A stretch of DNA of 37,980 nt from a virus. Its lineage: Duplodnaviria > Caudoviricetes. Of the stretch, positions 1 to 10,245 are shown piece by piece. Each line of letters begins with the position of its first letter. Position 1 is the first letter of the stretch. The translations under genes and the position numbers were made by a program. The stretch lies in IMG/VR virus record IMGVR_UViG_3300020045_010481, positions 1 through 37,980 of that record. One strand, written 5' to 3'. The notes under the pieces were generated by a model. It was given only the letters and a program-made list of their open reading frames with translations, was not told the DNA's origin and made no database searches.

Positions 1-1
1 A

Positions 2-1306
2 AGTTTCAATGGAGATTTCTCTGATTGTGAACATGATAGTGATATTTCTATTGATGAATTAGCTTATCAAAAAGAAAATTGCTATAAAACTATCTCACAA
101 AAAAATACACTGAATGAAGAATTATCAGCTTTTCTTGATGGAAGAGAATTTACGATTGGTTTTAATATAGAAATAATTAATTTAAAAGATTCAAATTTAG
201 CAACTCAAAAGGTTTTAAAAAATCTAAAAAAGAATCCTCTATATTATACTGATTTTTTACAAAAGAAATCTGAAAAGGTTAGTAAATATTCGTATGAAAT
301 TAATGATGAAAATTTAGTTGACACTAAGAATCCTATGAAAAAAGTATCTTTCAAATTACATGAAGATATTTTAAAAAACTTAGGAGAAGTTGAAGTTGGT
401 AGTGGCGAAAGTGGAACTGATGAGTTTGATTTACAAAGGGGTAAGAAAACCGAAAATCCTAATATCAAATTAGTAAAGATAATTAAAGATTTATTTATCA
501 AAGTTCAAAAAGATGCTTATGATAATGGTTGGGAAAGAGAAAAGTATGATATGGATGCAAGAAATCAAGTTTATTACTTAGTATTCAAAAAAGGAAAATC
601 AAAAATAGTTTACGACATTCTCAGACATGGTAATGATAAGTATAATATTGTGTATGATGGAAGACACTTTACTTATAATAACATAAAAGATTCTTATAAA
701 CAATTCATAAATTTAGTATCATCTAAAAAATCAATTGAAAGTGATAAATATTCTAATCTTATAGAGAAACAAAAGGAGTATATTGAAAAACTTATTGAAG
801 ATAAAGATTATAGAGTCGAAGTAACAAAAGGAAGAAGAGATGGAAAGGAAGTAGGTCAAAATTTTGATTATAGAATTGATGTAGTAGATAACAATGACAA
901 AAATATAATCTCATATTCATTATTTCTAACAAGTGGAAAGGAAAAATATTCTCTAACATATATTGAAAATGATAAGACTAATTATAAAGATTTCACCTCG
1001 ATGAAACAGGCATTCAGTAAAGTTATATCACTTCTATCTTCTGCTCCTATTAAGAAATCTAAAGATGTAAGCGATGAAGTAAAAAATGATGTTGAAGGTG
1101 CGGTCAATAAAGACAAGAAAATCGAAAACTTATTATATGTAATCTCTCAATATAAAGATAATAATGATAAAGGGTATTTAAAACTACTTAATTTCTTAGT
1201 TAAAGAATTGTATAAAAATCAAGAAATAAAAGATATGATTGATTCGGAATACAATGGAGATACTGATGAAATTAAAAAATCACTATTAACTATTCTCAAA
1301 AAATGA
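2..1306 (+). CDS. Head-associated hypothetical protein, 5'-truncated (frame open from base 2, longer than the 335 start in the ORF track)
   Basis: No stop from 2 to 1306 in the frame of 335. Upstream part reads EFTIGFNIEII...LKNLKKNPLYYT, resembling small phage head-cluster domains. Overlaps the protease start (ATGA). Confidence 0.6.
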   Translation, partial: SFNGDFSDCEHDSDISIDELAYQKENCYKTISQKNTLNEELSAFLDGREFTIGFNIEIINLKDSNLATQKVLKNLKKNPLYYTDFLQKKSEKVSKYSYEINDENLVDTKNPMKKVSFKLHEDILKNLGEVEVGSGESGTDEFDLQRGKKTENPNIKLVKIIKDLFIKVQKDAYDNGWEREKYDMDARNQVYYLVFKKGKSKIVYDILRHGNDKYNIVYDGRHFTYNNIKDSYKQFINLVSSKKSIESDKYSNLIEKQKEYIEKLIEDKDYRVEVTKGRRDGKEVGQNFDYRIDVVDNNDKNIISYSLFLTSGKEKYSLTYIENDKTNYKDFTSMKQAFSKVISLLSSAPIKKSKDVSDEVKNDVEGAVNKDKKIENLLYVISQYKDNNDKGYLKLLNFLVKELYKNQEIKDMIDSEYNGDTDEIKKSLLTILKK

Positions 1307-1890
1307 TACAACTAAATGAAAACTTAGGGTTTCTTCAATTAACTGAAACTCAAATAAATGAAAGTCTAAAAGTAAATAATGGATTATTAATTGTTCCAAA
1401 TGTTTTACTCTCAACTGCCGATGAAGAAAATGGAAATGGTAGAATTTATCCAAAAATGATTCTTGAAAGTGCTATTGATAAGTATATGGAAAGAGTTAGA
1501 TTCGGAAATGCTTATGGAGAATGTGACCATGATGAAGATGCAGAAGTAAAACTTAAAACTACATCTCATAGAATCAAAGATATTCGTTGGGTAGGTAATA
1601 AAGTATATGGAGATTTTCAAATCTTAGATACCGATGACTTTCCATGTGGAAAAATTGTGGGAGGTTTTATTAGACATAGATTACCAATCGGTGTTTCTTC
1701 AAGAAGTTTAGGAACTGTTAAAAATGAAAATGGTAAGACAATTGTAGAATCTCTTGAAATTTCTTGTTATGATTTTGTTTCGAATCCTTCAAACCACAAT
1801 TCATTTGCTATGTTAAAAGAGTCAAAAAATTACGATTTTGATAAATTTAAGAAGGTAAATGATTTAATGAATCAAATTTTATTAAGATAA
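1303..1890 (+). CDS. gp21: Prohead core protease, T4 gp21-like
   Basis: Motifs NGNGRIYP, GECDH, SHRI, GVSSRSLG, YDFVSNPS; directly upstream of scaffold and capsid genes. Confidence 0.93.
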   Translation: MIQLNENLGFLQLTETQINESLKVNNGLLIVPNVLLSTADEENGNGRIYPKMILESAIDKYMERVRFGNAYGECDHDEDAEVKLKTTSHRIKDIRWVGNKVYGDFQILDTDDFPCGKIVGGFIRHRLPIGVSSRSLGTVKNENGKTIVESLEISCYDFVSNPSNHNSFAMLKESKNYDFDKFKKVNDLMNQILLR

Positions 1891-1903
1891 TTTGTGAAAA
1901 ATG

Positions 1904-1966
1904 AAAAGTTCTTTAAAAAATTATATAGATTCTTTAAAAATTTATATGTTTTTTTAAAGAACTTTT
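1904..1966 (+). terminator. Long hairpin, probable terminator or RNA structure after the protease gene
   Basis: AAAAGTTCTTTAAAAAA (1904-1920) / TTTTTTAAAGAACTTTT (1950-1966) with further internal pairing, followed by a T-run. Confidence 0.6.
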
Positions 1967-1976
1967 TTTATTGTAT

Positions 1977-1984
1977 ATATTTAT
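1977..1984 (+). promoter_or_regulatory. Putative late promoter motif ATATTTAT
   Basis: Same octamer recurs before several late genes (4654, 8463, 10217, 11854). Confidence 0.55.
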
Positions 1985-2067
1985 TGATATAAACTACATA
2001 AACAATTAAATATTGTTTCAATCATATCAAATTGTACTTCATAAATAAGTATATAAAAACAAATCGA

Positions 2068-2994
2068 ATGTCAAAAAATAATCTTTTTAAAGAAGTTATT
2101 GAAAATGGCTCAAAAACAAAAAAAGTTCTCGAAAAAGAAGTTCAACGAGGATTGCTTGAAATGTTGAGTCCACAAATTACTTCTCTCGTTCAGAAGCGTC
2201 TCTCGGAAACAGAGGATGAATATGAATCGGATGAAGTTGATGAAGCAAATATTGCTGATTTAATGCAAAACGTTGAAGAAAACTCTGATGAAACTGACGA
2301 CTTAGGTGTTGATGCAGGAATGGATGCAACAGAAGGCGATGCAACAGATGATATTGCAAGTATGTCTAAAGACGAATTGAAAGATTTTATTACAAATGCA
2401 GTTAAAGAAGCATTAGGTGGTGAAGCAGAAGAAGTAGATTCAACAGGTATCGAAGGAGACGATGAAATCCCTTCTGAACTTGAAGGAGAAGAAGGTCAAG
2501 AAGGGGAAGAGGAAGAAGATGAACTTGATGAAATTGATGCTTTAATTGCAGAGATGAGTTCAATGGATGCTAAAGAAGATGAATCTGAAACTGAAAAAAC
2601 TCTTAATGAAGAAATTAAATCTCTTAAAAAAGAAATTTCTACTTTGAGAAAAGATAATCTTGATAAGCAAAAGAAATTGAATGAAAGTACATTGTTAATT
2701 GCACAAGTTGTTTACGCTAATAAATTGATTGCAGAACACAAACTTAATCAAACTCAGATTGTAAAATTCGCAACTATCTTGGAAGGAACTAAATCTGAAT
2801 CTGAATTGAAACGTGTTTACGAAGCAATTTGTGAATCAATTCAAACAATCGGTGTAAAAACTGAAATCAAAAATCCAAAAGTAGTAAAAGAATCTTGGAA
2901 AATTAATCAATCAATCGAAAAACCAAAACAATCATTAAACGAATCAGTTGACCCATCATTTGCAAGAATGAAATATAACGCAGGTTTATTATAA
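2068..2994 (+). CDS. Prohead core scaffold protein, gp22-like (ATG 2068 preferred over TTG 2032)
   Basis: Very acidic and coiled-coil; lies between protease and capsid genes; many L/V-x-E motifs; C-terminal RMKYNAGL. Confidence 0.8.
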   Translation: MSKNNLFKEVIENGSKTKKVLEKEVQRGLLEMLSPQITSLVQKRLSETEDEYESDEVDEANIADLMQNVEENSDETDDLGVDAGMDATEGDATDDIASMSKDELKDFITNAVKEALGGEAEEVDSTGIEGDDEIPSELEGEEGQEGEEEEDELDEIDALIAEMSSMDAKEDESETEKTLNEEIKSLKKEISTLRKDNLDKQKKLNESTLLIAQVVYANKLIAEHKLNQTQIVKFATILEGTKSESELKRVYEAICESIQTIGVKTEIKNPKVVKESWKINQSIEKPKQSLNESVDPSFARMKYNAGLL

Positions 2995-3007
2995 TAATTA
3001 AAAAATA

Positions 3008-4588
3008 ATGACATTAGAACAATTAGCAAAATCGGTGAGCGAAGATTATAATTCGCAATACGAAAGAAATAACAAAAAAGTACAACTTTATGAATCAACA
3101 GGTTTATTACAAGGGATGCAAGGAAATGAAAAAATTGCAATGGCAGTTTTACTTGACAACCAATTCCGAAGACTCTTAAAAGAAAGTACAACTCAAACAA
3201 ACTTAGGTGGAGCAACCTTCGTAACAGGTCAAGGTGAACAACACGCTTCGATTGTATTACCAATGGTTCGTAAAGTATTTGTTGATACCATCTCTGCAAA
3301 AGAAATGGTAAGTATTCAACCGATTTCAGTACCATCAGGTATCGTTTTCTACTTGGATATGAAGTATGGTTCTACGAAATCACCATTTACACAAGGAGAT
3401 TCAGTATATGGAACTCTTGATACATTTGACAAAGTTCCTTCGGGAGGTATGTATGGAGCAGGTCGTTACGGATATTCTGTAAATCAAATCTCAGGAACGG
3501 GAACTGCATCAGTATCTAATGCAACATTTGCAGATGTAATGTTTGATAGTTCATTAGAAGCAAGTGTTACTGCAAATGAAATCAAGAAAGTAACGATTCC
3601 ATTAACTGCGATTCCTAACTATGATATTTATGCAGTTACTTCATTCTATGCAACAGGAGGTGGAGTTACCCCTGCAAATACATTCCCACAATTCACAAGT
3701 GCTGACTTAACAAATATTTATTTCTTTGTTACAGGTTCAACCGCAGGAATTACAGGAGGTGCAACAACTATCTCTTATACCAAACAAAATAAGGATAACG
3801 ATAGAGGAGATTATGAAGACAGAACAGGTTCATTGACAATCGCTGATTTCGAACCTTCATTCAAATCAGTGCCAATCACCGCAAAAAGTAGAAAATTGAA
3901 AGGTAGTTTCACACCTGAGGCTTCTAAGGATATTTTCGAATATCAAGGAATTAACCTTGAAGCAGAATTAACATCAATGATGTCTGAATCAATTGGAAAA
4001 GATATTGACTTAGAAACTTTTGCGATGTTATTAAAAGGTGTTAATTCACGTGAATATTGGTCAGCACAAAACAATACTGCAATCAATGCAGGAAAAACAG
4101 GATTCGCTCCATTGGCTTCTGCTTATTACAATGACCAAAAAGGATGGTTTAATACACTTGGTACGAAAATCAACCAATTATCTAATAAGATTTTACAAAA
4201 AACAGTAAGAGGTGCAATGAACTTCGCAGTTATCTCGCCTACTGTTGCTAACGTTGTAGAGTCTATGAGTGGTTATAATTCTGATGCTGACGTTGATAAA
4301 ACAACTTCTACATTCGGTGCTAACAGAGCAGGTTCATTTAATGGACAAGTTAAAGTATTCAAAAACCCATTGTATTTAGAAAATCGTATCTTGGGTGGTT
4401 TCAAAGGAAACAATTATTTAGAAACAGGTGCGGTTCTTGCTCCATACGTAGGTTTGGAAACTACTCCGTTAATGTATAATCCGAATACAGGAACACCAAC
4501 TAAAATCGTCTCAACACGATATGGTAAACTATTGTTGAGAGGTGAATTCTATGGAGATGTTGTTGTAACAGGATTGAATACTTTGTAA
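3008..4588 (+). CDS. gp23: Major capsid protein, T4 gp23-like
   Basis: AVLLDNQ, LPMVRKVF, VSIQP..PSGIVFYLD, AKSRKLK..FTPE, LEAELTSM, GAVLAPYV, STRYG. Confidence 0.96.
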   Translation: MTLEQLAKSVSEDYNSQYERNNKKVQLYESTGLLQGMQGNEKIAMAVLLDNQFRRLLKESTTQTNLGGATFVTGQGEQHASIVLPMVRKVFVDTISAKEMVSIQPISVPSGIVFYLDMKYGSTKSPFTQGDSVYGTLDTFDKVPSGGMYGAGRYGYSVNQISGTGTASVSNATFADVMFDSSLEASVTANEIKKVTIPLTAIPNYDIYAVTSFYATGGGVTPANTFPQFTSADLTNIYFFVTGSTAGITGGATTISYTKQNKDNDRGDYEDRTGSLTIADFEPSFKSVPITAKSRKLKGSFTPEASKDIFEYQGINLEAELTSMMSESIGKDIDLETFAMLLKGVNSREYWSAQNNTAINAGKTGFAPLASAYYNDQKGWFNTLGTKINQLSNKILQKTVRGAMNFAVISPTVANVVESMSGYNSDADVDKTTSTFGANRAGSFNGQVKVFKNPLYLENRILGGFKGNNYLETGAVLAPYVGLETTPLMYNPNTGTPTKIVSTRYGKLLLRGEFYGDVVVTGLNTL

Positions 4589-4611
4589 TTTATTTTTCAT
4601 TTTTATTTTTT

Positions 4612-4650
4612 AAAATTAAAGGCTTCATTTTTGAAGCCTTTAATTTTTTT
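4612..4650 (+). terminator. Rho-independent terminator after the capsid gene
   Basis: AAAATTAAAGGCTTCA-TTTT-TGAAGCCTTTAATTTT followed by T-run. Confidence 0.85.
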
Positions 4651-4653
4651 ATG

Positions 4654-4661
4654 ATATTTAT
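4654..4661 (+). promoter_or_regulatory. Putative late promoter motif ATATTTAT (overlaps a TATAAATA)
   Basis: GATATTTATAAATA; motif ends 16 nt upstream of ATG 4678. Confidence 0.6.
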
Positions 4662-4677
4662 AAATAAAAAGAGATAA

Positions 4678-5856
4678 ATGTCCGATATTGTTATTTATAA
4701 TGGAACTTCAACATTCACAAATGGTATGACCTCATTTGGTTATTACGATAATGATGTTGAATTTAGAGATGATGCTGACAAGGTAATCAAATGGTGTGCG
4801 AGACAAATGGGATTTCCTGTTATTGATGTTGAATTAACTAATGAACAAATGTATGATTCTTTTGAATCTGCAACATCTCGTTATGCTTCTGAAATTTATG
4901 ATTATAAACTAAGAGATAATTATTTCTCACTCGAAGGAAGCCAATTACCAAGTGACCCTAACTTTAACTCAGCAAATGTACTAATAACTCCATCTTTAGG
5001 CAGTTTAATAAGACTTTCTCAGAAATATGGAGCAGAGGTTCAAGCAGGTGGAGATATTCCCTTATATAGCGATTATATTGATGTTATAGGTGGAACTCAA
5101 AACTACGACTTAAATGCTTGGGCTACTTCAAAATCAATTGTAACAGGTAATGATAAGATAGAAATAAAAAAGGTCTATTATGAATCAATCCCTGCTATGT
5201 CAAGACTAATAAGTTCATATTTAGGAAGTTCAATAAATCTTGATGGTCAAAGTTTATCAATGGGATTAGGTTCTTATTCAAATTATTTGATGTTACCAAC
5301 AAATTTCGATTTATTGAAAGCACAAGCAATTGAATTTAATGAACAAATGAGACGTAGTTCTTATACATTTGCTTTAACTAATAATGTTTTAAAAATATTT
5401 CCAATTCCTACACAGGATGGAAGAATGTTTTTAGATTATATAAAAGTTAGTGAAAGAGATACATCATTTGATATAAATTATTTAGGGAATAATCCTCCAA
5501 CAAATTCTGTTATAACTAATATCAGCAATGTTCCATTTTCAAACATCACCTATTCTTCAATAAATGATAATGGTAAGACTTGGATACGAAATATGACATT
5601 AGTTGAATGTTATAGAAGATTGGCATTAGTTAGAGGTAAATATACAAATATACCATTACAGAATGAAGATTCTCTACAATTAAGTGGTGCGGAATTATAT
5701 AATCTCGCAAATGAACTTGAAAGAGATTTATTATCAAGATTGAGAGAGTTATTGGATTTCACTTCAAGACAGAAACAATTAGAAAAAAAATCTCTCGAAA
5801 CTGAATCTGTAAAATCTACACTAACAGGAATACCTATGCCTGTATATATATTTTGA
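4678..5856 (+). CDS. Neck/adaptor protein, gp13-like
   Basis: RQMGFPVIDVELT, WIRNMTL...LALVRGKY, LSGAELY, C-terminal PMPVYIF; position after capsid gene. Confidence 0.8.
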   Translation: MSDIVIYNGTSTFTNGMTSFGYYDNDVEFRDDADKVIKWCARQMGFPVIDVELTNEQMYDSFESATSRYASEIYDYKLRDNYFSLEGSQLPSDPNFNSANVLITPSLGSLIRLSQKYGAEVQAGGDIPLYSDYIDVIGGTQNYDLNAWATSKSIVTGNDKIEIKKVYYESIPAMSRLISSYLGSSINLDGQSLSMGLGSYSNYLMLPTNFDLLKAQAIEFNEQMRRSSYTFALTNNVLKIFPIPTQDGRMFLDYIKVSERDTSFDINYLGNNPPTNSVITNISNVPFSNITYSSINDNGKTWIRNMTLVECYRRLALVRGKYTNIPLQNEDSLQLSGAELYNLANELERDLLSRLRELLDFTSRQKQLEKKSLETESVKSTLTGIPMPVYIF

Positions 5857-5861
5857 TATAA

Positions 5862-6200
5862 ATGAAATTAACAAATCTATTATTAGAATCATTAAACTTA
5901 CATCAAGTATTTGCTTTAATCACTGTTGAAAAACAAATTGATAGAGCAAGTATCTTCAACGCATTAAGAGCAATACCTAATGTCGTGATTGTTAAACCAA
6001 AGGATAGTGAATATCTTAACTCTAAAGAAACCGAAGATGTTGGATACTCTTATGTAAATATTAAATATATCGCAGATGTTAGTCCCATAGCAGATTTTTC
6101 TAAGATTAAAAGAATAGCACTAAAAGGTGGAAATGGTGTAAAAAAAGTTGATGGATTAAAAAAATTAATATTCAAACCATCTAAAATTCAAAAAATATAA
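5862..6200 (+). CDS. Hypothetical virion-cluster protein
   Basis: 112-aa ORF; N-terminal LLLES could be a prohead-protease site. Confidence 0.6.
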   Translation: MKLTNLLLESLNLHQVFALITVEKQIDRASIFNALRAIPNVVIVKPKDSEYLNSKETEDVGYSYVNIKYIADVSPIADFSKIKRIALKGGNGVKKVDGLKKLIFKPSKIQKI

Positions 6201-6694
6201 TGGCATTATTTGGTGGAAGTAGAGATATAAACTTATTCAAACATTTCAATAAAGAATTAACTGAAAAAATAATAGAACAATATGTTGGTTATTATAAATT
6301 GACATTGAATGAGACTGATAGTAATATTTATGGAGAAAGTTTGAATAAAAAATTCAATGACCCTATCTTAATTCCTTGTTTGTTGAAACATGATACACAA
6401 GAAAATAAAAATGAATCAACTGTTCTAAACATAAACAGAAATATAATTGTATCATTTTTAAAGGATAAACTAAGAGAAATAGAAGTATATCCCGAAATTG
6501 GAGATGTTGTTTTTTGGAATAATGATTATTTCGAAGTTGAAACAAGAGGAGAAAATCAATTTATATTTGGAAAGGATAATGATTATAATTATTCAGATGA
6601 TTATTTAGATAATTTTGGAGAAAGTTTTTCAATACAATTGCGATGCAGATATATCTCTTCTGATAAATTAAATTTAGAAAATTCGAGATTATGA
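6200..6694 (+). CDS. Head closure/neck protein, gp14-like
   Basis: SNIYGES, YPEIGDVVFWNNDYFEV; synteny with gp13- and gp15-like genes. Confidence 0.75.
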   Translation: MALFGGSRDINLFKHFNKELTEKIIEQYVGYYKLTLNETDSNIYGESLNKKFNDPILIPCLLKHDTQENKNESTVLNINRNIIVSFLKDKLREIEVYPEIGDVVFWNNDYFEVETRGENQFIFGKDNDYNYSDDYLDNFGESFSIQLRCRYISSDKLNLENSRL

Positions 6695-6740
6695 ACTAAT
6701 TCATAAAGATAAGTGTTTATTTATTATAAAACAAATAATA

Positions 6741-7340
6741 ATGAATATTTATTACTATATACAAGCAAGACAAACAGGTAAGACTGAAAAACTTCTTAAA
6801 TTATTATCGGAAAATGAAAACTCAATATTAATAGTTCACAATTTGCAAATCAAAAATCTATTAAGAAATAGGTTACTACATTCAGATATTTGTAAAAGAA
6901 TTTATGCAGTCCATGAACTATTAAATATGAATGATTATAGAGGAAAAAAATCTAAAGAATTTATTTATATAGATGATTATGATTTATTTTCTTGTGAACA
7001 AAAGAAAAATATAATAGAATATTTTAGATATAACTATTATAATATAAAATTAGTTAAGATAGTCACTACATTAAAAGAAAAAATAAATTTAGAATATCTA
7101 AAGATTTGTAAATTAATAAATAAATCAAATTTCGAATCATTAAATAGAGTCTTCTTTGATAATTTGAACACTGTGGATAAATTACTCTTTGATGGGTATA
7201 TAAGTGGTTACAATTACGATTTATTATATGATTGTAAAACAAACATTGAGATATTAAATTTTAAAAGTTTTACTAAATTGACAAAGAACGATTTACCCGA
7301 TTGGAAATATAGAATCGAAATATTGAACGAAGTTTTTTAA
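6741..7340 (+). CDS. Small P-loop NTPase-like protein
   Basis: N-terminal Walker A-like QARQTGKT and Walker B-like FIYIDD. Confidence 0.55.
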   Translation: MNIYYYIQARQTGKTEKLLKLLSENENSILIVHNLQIKNLLRNRLLHSDICKRIYAVHELLNMNDYRGKKSKEFIYIDDYDLFSCEQKKNIIEYFRYNYYNIKLVKIVTTLKEKINLEYLKICKLINKSNFESLNRVFFDNLNTVDKLLFDGYISGYNYDLLYDCKTNIEILNFKSFTKLTKNDLPDWKYRIEILNEVF

Positions 7341-8107
7341 TGGCAAAAAAATTAAATAGTATTGAACAAAATTTCTCACAAAAAGATGAAAATTCAACTC
7401 CGAGAGCAATGGATATTTCAAGGAGTGGTGATAATTTTGAAAGGTTAAAGTTAGGTTTGATGGATATAGATGAAGCAATTCTAACATTCATTAAAAATAA
7501 TATAAAACCTACAATATATCAAAATAATCAATTAATAGAAGTTGATACAATTTTTGCTAATGATGAATTATTTAATTCAATTCAATCTAATGGATATTTT
7601 AGAGATAAGAATGGAAAGATATTATTTCCTCTTATTGTTATAAAAAGAAGTAGTGTCACAAAGAATCTAACATATCTAAATAAAATTGATGGAAATAATC
7701 CAACTAATTTCTTTTATTTAAAGAAAGCTAATAATCCAAGAGATATTAATCAAAGTAATAGAAATGGAATAAAGTCGGAAACGTATATAAAAATACCTGT
7801 TCCTGATTTTGTTGATATAGTTTATGATGTAATAACATTGACAAATTATATAGAACATCAGAATGAATTAGTTGAACAATTCATATATTTCTCAAATAGT
7901 TATTGGGGGGATTATTCTAAAAAGAGTTTCAAATTCTTGTCAAAAGTTGAAAATTTTTCGGATGATTCTGAAACAAGTGTCGAAGGAGAAAGAATCATAA
8001 AATCATCTTTTAATATAAATACTGTTGGTAAATTAATATCAGCAACAAATATTGAAATAGAACATAATTTAACGCATATCAATACAAAAACAAAAATAAA
8101 TACATAA
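7340..8107 (+). CDS. Tail terminator/sheath stabiliser, gp15-like
   Basis: DIDEAI, RDKNGKILFPLIVIKR, PDFVDIVYD, QNELVEQF; upstream of the sheath gene. Confidence 0.72.
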   Translation: MAKKLNSIEQNFSQKDENSTPRAMDISRSGDNFERLKLGLMDIDEAILTFIKNNIKPTIYQNNQLIEVDTIFANDELFNSIQSNGYFRDKNGKILFPLIVIKRSSVTKNLTYLNKIDGNNPTNFFYLKKANNPRDINQSNRNGIKSETYIKIPVPDFVDIVYDVITLTNYIEHQNELVEQFIYFSNSYWGDYSKKSFKFLSKVENFSDDSETSVEGERIIKSSFNINTVGKLISATNIEIEHNLTHINTKTKINT

Positions 8108-8398
8108 ATGGCAATCTACAAATTAAGTACAGAAGAATTAGAAGTTCTAAAAGAACTTGAACTACAACGTCAAAATATTCAATTTGAATTAGGAGGATTA
8201 TCACTATACGAAATTGATTTAAGACAACAATTAGAGCAAGTTGAAGTTAAAAAATCATCTCTCACTGAGAAATTTAAAGAAACTATCACACCAAATGACA
8301 TCACTGTTAAAAAATTAACAACTAAGTATGGAAAAGGGGTAGTAAATCTCGAAAAAGGAGAATATGAGTATGATGAAAATGCTCAACAAGTCGTATAA
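8108..8398 (+). CDS. Small coiled-coil hypothetical protein
   Basis: 96-aa helical ORF ending KYGKGVVNLEKGEY. Confidence 0.65.
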   Translation: MAIYKLSTEELEVLKELELQRQNIQFELGGLSLYEIDLRQQLEQVEVKKSSLTEKFKETITPNDITVKKLTTKYGKGVVNLEKGEYEYDENAQQVV

Positions 8399-8406
8399 TA
8401 TAATTT

Positions 8407-8458
8407 AATAAAGAATTTATTGCATTTATCTATATTTTAGTGTAATAAATTCTTTATT
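8407..8458 (+). terminator. 20-bp hairpin with G-U pairs before the sheath gene
   Basis: AATAAAGAATTTATTGCATT / AGTGTAATAAATTCTTTATT then T-run. Confidence 0.7.
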
Positions 8459-8462
8459 TTTT

Positions 8463-8470
8463 ATATTTAT
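8463..8470 (+). promoter_or_regulatory. Putative late promoter motif ATATTTAT
   Basis: 25 nt upstream of the sheath ATG; recurring motif. Confidence 0.6.
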
Positions 8471-8495
8471 TATATATAACTTTTAAATTCATTTA

Positions 8496-10193
8496 ATGAT
8501 AGATTATAGTCAAAAAAGAGCAGGTGTTTATTTTGAAACACAAGATAATTCACAATATGAAACAGGAACAATAGTTGCAAGTACCGCATTGATTACACCA
8601 ACTGTAAAAGGTAAGGCTTTCTCACCAAGAGTAGTATCAACTATGTCAGAATATTCAAATTATTTTGGAACTGCATTCAAATCAGGTTCTCAATATTACG
8701 AATATCAAGGTTCTTTGCTCGCACAACTACACTTTGAAAACGGAGGTCAACCATTGTTAGTTGTACCAATTAAATCAGGAAGTTATTCAAGTGCAACTTC
8801 CAATATCCCAAACCCAACATCAGGTTCTTTCTCATTTACACTTGAAACACTATCTGAGGGTTCTATTATGAACAATATCGGTGGTGAAATTGCAAACTCT
8901 AATGGGACATTAGTTTCGGGAAGTTCAAATAATATTCGTTGGGAAGTATCTAATTCGAATAGTGCTAAAGGTACATTTGATTTGTTGATTCGCAGAGGAG
9001 ATGATAGCAATAAAAACAAAATTGTATTAGAATCTTATAGTGGATTATCTTTAGACCCAACAAATCCAAATTATATTTCTAATGTTATAGGAGATGTTAC
9101 TTATAATTATGATGCAACAAATAAAGTGCTACAAAAGGTTGGTAGTTATATAAATAAATCAAAATTAGTTAGAGTATCTACTATAAATGCTACTCCCGAC
9201 TATTTCGATAATGCAGGAGTAGCAAAATCGGCATTTACAGGAAGTTTTCCTTCTAATGGCTCAGGAAGTTTCTCAGGTGGAACAGATGGTACAATAACTC
9301 ATCCACAATTGTTCGGAGAATTAATTAGTGGTGCAAATGCACAAGGATTCACTGCTTCAACTGATGCTTATGATAAAGCAATTGACTTGTTAAGTAACAA
9401 AGATGAATATAAATTCTCTGTTCTTTATACAAGTGGTATAACCGCAAATACACATCCAACAATTGTTCAAAAGGCATTGGATATGGTTATTGAAAGAGAT
9501 GATTGTTTCTATGTTATTGACCCTTCTGAATACGGTAAGCAACCAAGCGAAGTTATCACAGTTGCAAGTGGTTATGATACTGATAAAGGTGCAATGTATT
9601 ATCCACATTCTCAAATCAGGTCTTCTAATTTGAATAAAGATGTTTGGGTTTTACCTTCAACCGTTGTTGCAGGTGCTATTGCTTATTCTGACAGTATTAC
9701 ATCTCCTTCTTTTGCACCTGCTGGTTATAATCGTGCTTCACTTAGTCGAGTTAGAAATGTTCAACAAAAGGTTGGTTCTTCATTAAAGAATGATTTATTC
9801 AACGGTAATGTTAATTTAATTGAACCTATGAGTGGTATATATGTGATTTTATCACAAAATACTTTGAAACAAAAATCAACCGCATTAGATAGAGTGAATG
9901 TTGTTCGAATGTTAATTGAAGTTAAAAATTATATTTCAGAAGCAGGAAGAAAAATATTATTTGAAGCTAACATTGATAAGGTTAGAACTTTATTCGTTCA
10001 AGAAATAAATAATCATTTAGGAAAGTTGATTGAAAGAGGTGAAATAGCATTTGGTAAAATTTCAACAGTTGAAGATAATGTAAGTTTTGACAGGTCTGAA
10101 TTTCCATTGACACTTGAAATAACACCTGCTAAATCAATTGAAAAAATAATTGTTAGAATTGTAATCAATGAAACAGGTGTTACATTTCAATAA
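8496..10193 (+). CDS. gp18: Contractile tail sheath protein, gp18-like
   Basis: AGVYFETQD, PTVKGKAF, RDDCFYVIDP, AMYYP, FAPAGYNRA, STALDRVNVVRML, FEAN, ITPAKSIEKI. Confidence 0.93.
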   Translation: MIDYSQKRAGVYFETQDNSQYETGTIVASTALITPTVKGKAFSPRVVSTMSEYSNYFGTAFKSGSQYYEYQGSLLAQLHFENGGQPLLVVPIKSGSYSSATSNIPNPTSGSFSFTLETLSEGSIMNNIGGEIANSNGTLVSGSSNNIRWEVSNSNSAKGTFDLLIRRGDDSNKNKIVLESYSGLSLDPTNPNYISNVIGDVTYNYDATNKVLQKVGSYINKSKLVRVSTINATPDYFDNAGVAKSAFTGSFPSNGSGSFSGGTDGTITHPQLFGELISGANAQGFTASTDAYDKAIDLLSNKDEYKFSVLYTSGITANTHPTIVQKALDMVIERDDCFYVIDPSEYGKQPSEVITVASGYDTDKGAMYYPHSQIRSSNLNKDVWVLPSTVVAGAIAYSDSITSPSFAPAGYNRASLSRVRNVQQKVGSSLKNDLFNGNVNLIEPMSGIYVILSQNTLKQKSTALDRVNVVRMLIEVKNYISEAGRKILFEANIDKVRTLFVQEINNHLGKLIERGEIAFGKISTVEDNVSFDRSEFPLTLEITPAKSIEKIIVRIVINETGVTFQ

Positions 10194-10216
10194 TTAATTA
10201 AAAATATTTTTTCAAC

Positions 10217-10224
10217 ATATTTAT
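10217..10224 (+). promoter_or_regulatory. Putative late promoter motif ATATTTAT
   Basis: Upstream of the tube ATG 10246; a TATAAATA also lies at 10235-10242. Confidence 0.6.
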
Positions 10225-10245
10225 AATAAATACATATAAATAGAA

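Noticed and set aside
6689-6706. Small hairpin TTATGAA-CTAA-TTCATAA
   Set aside because: A 7-bp AT-rich stem is expected by chance at this composition.
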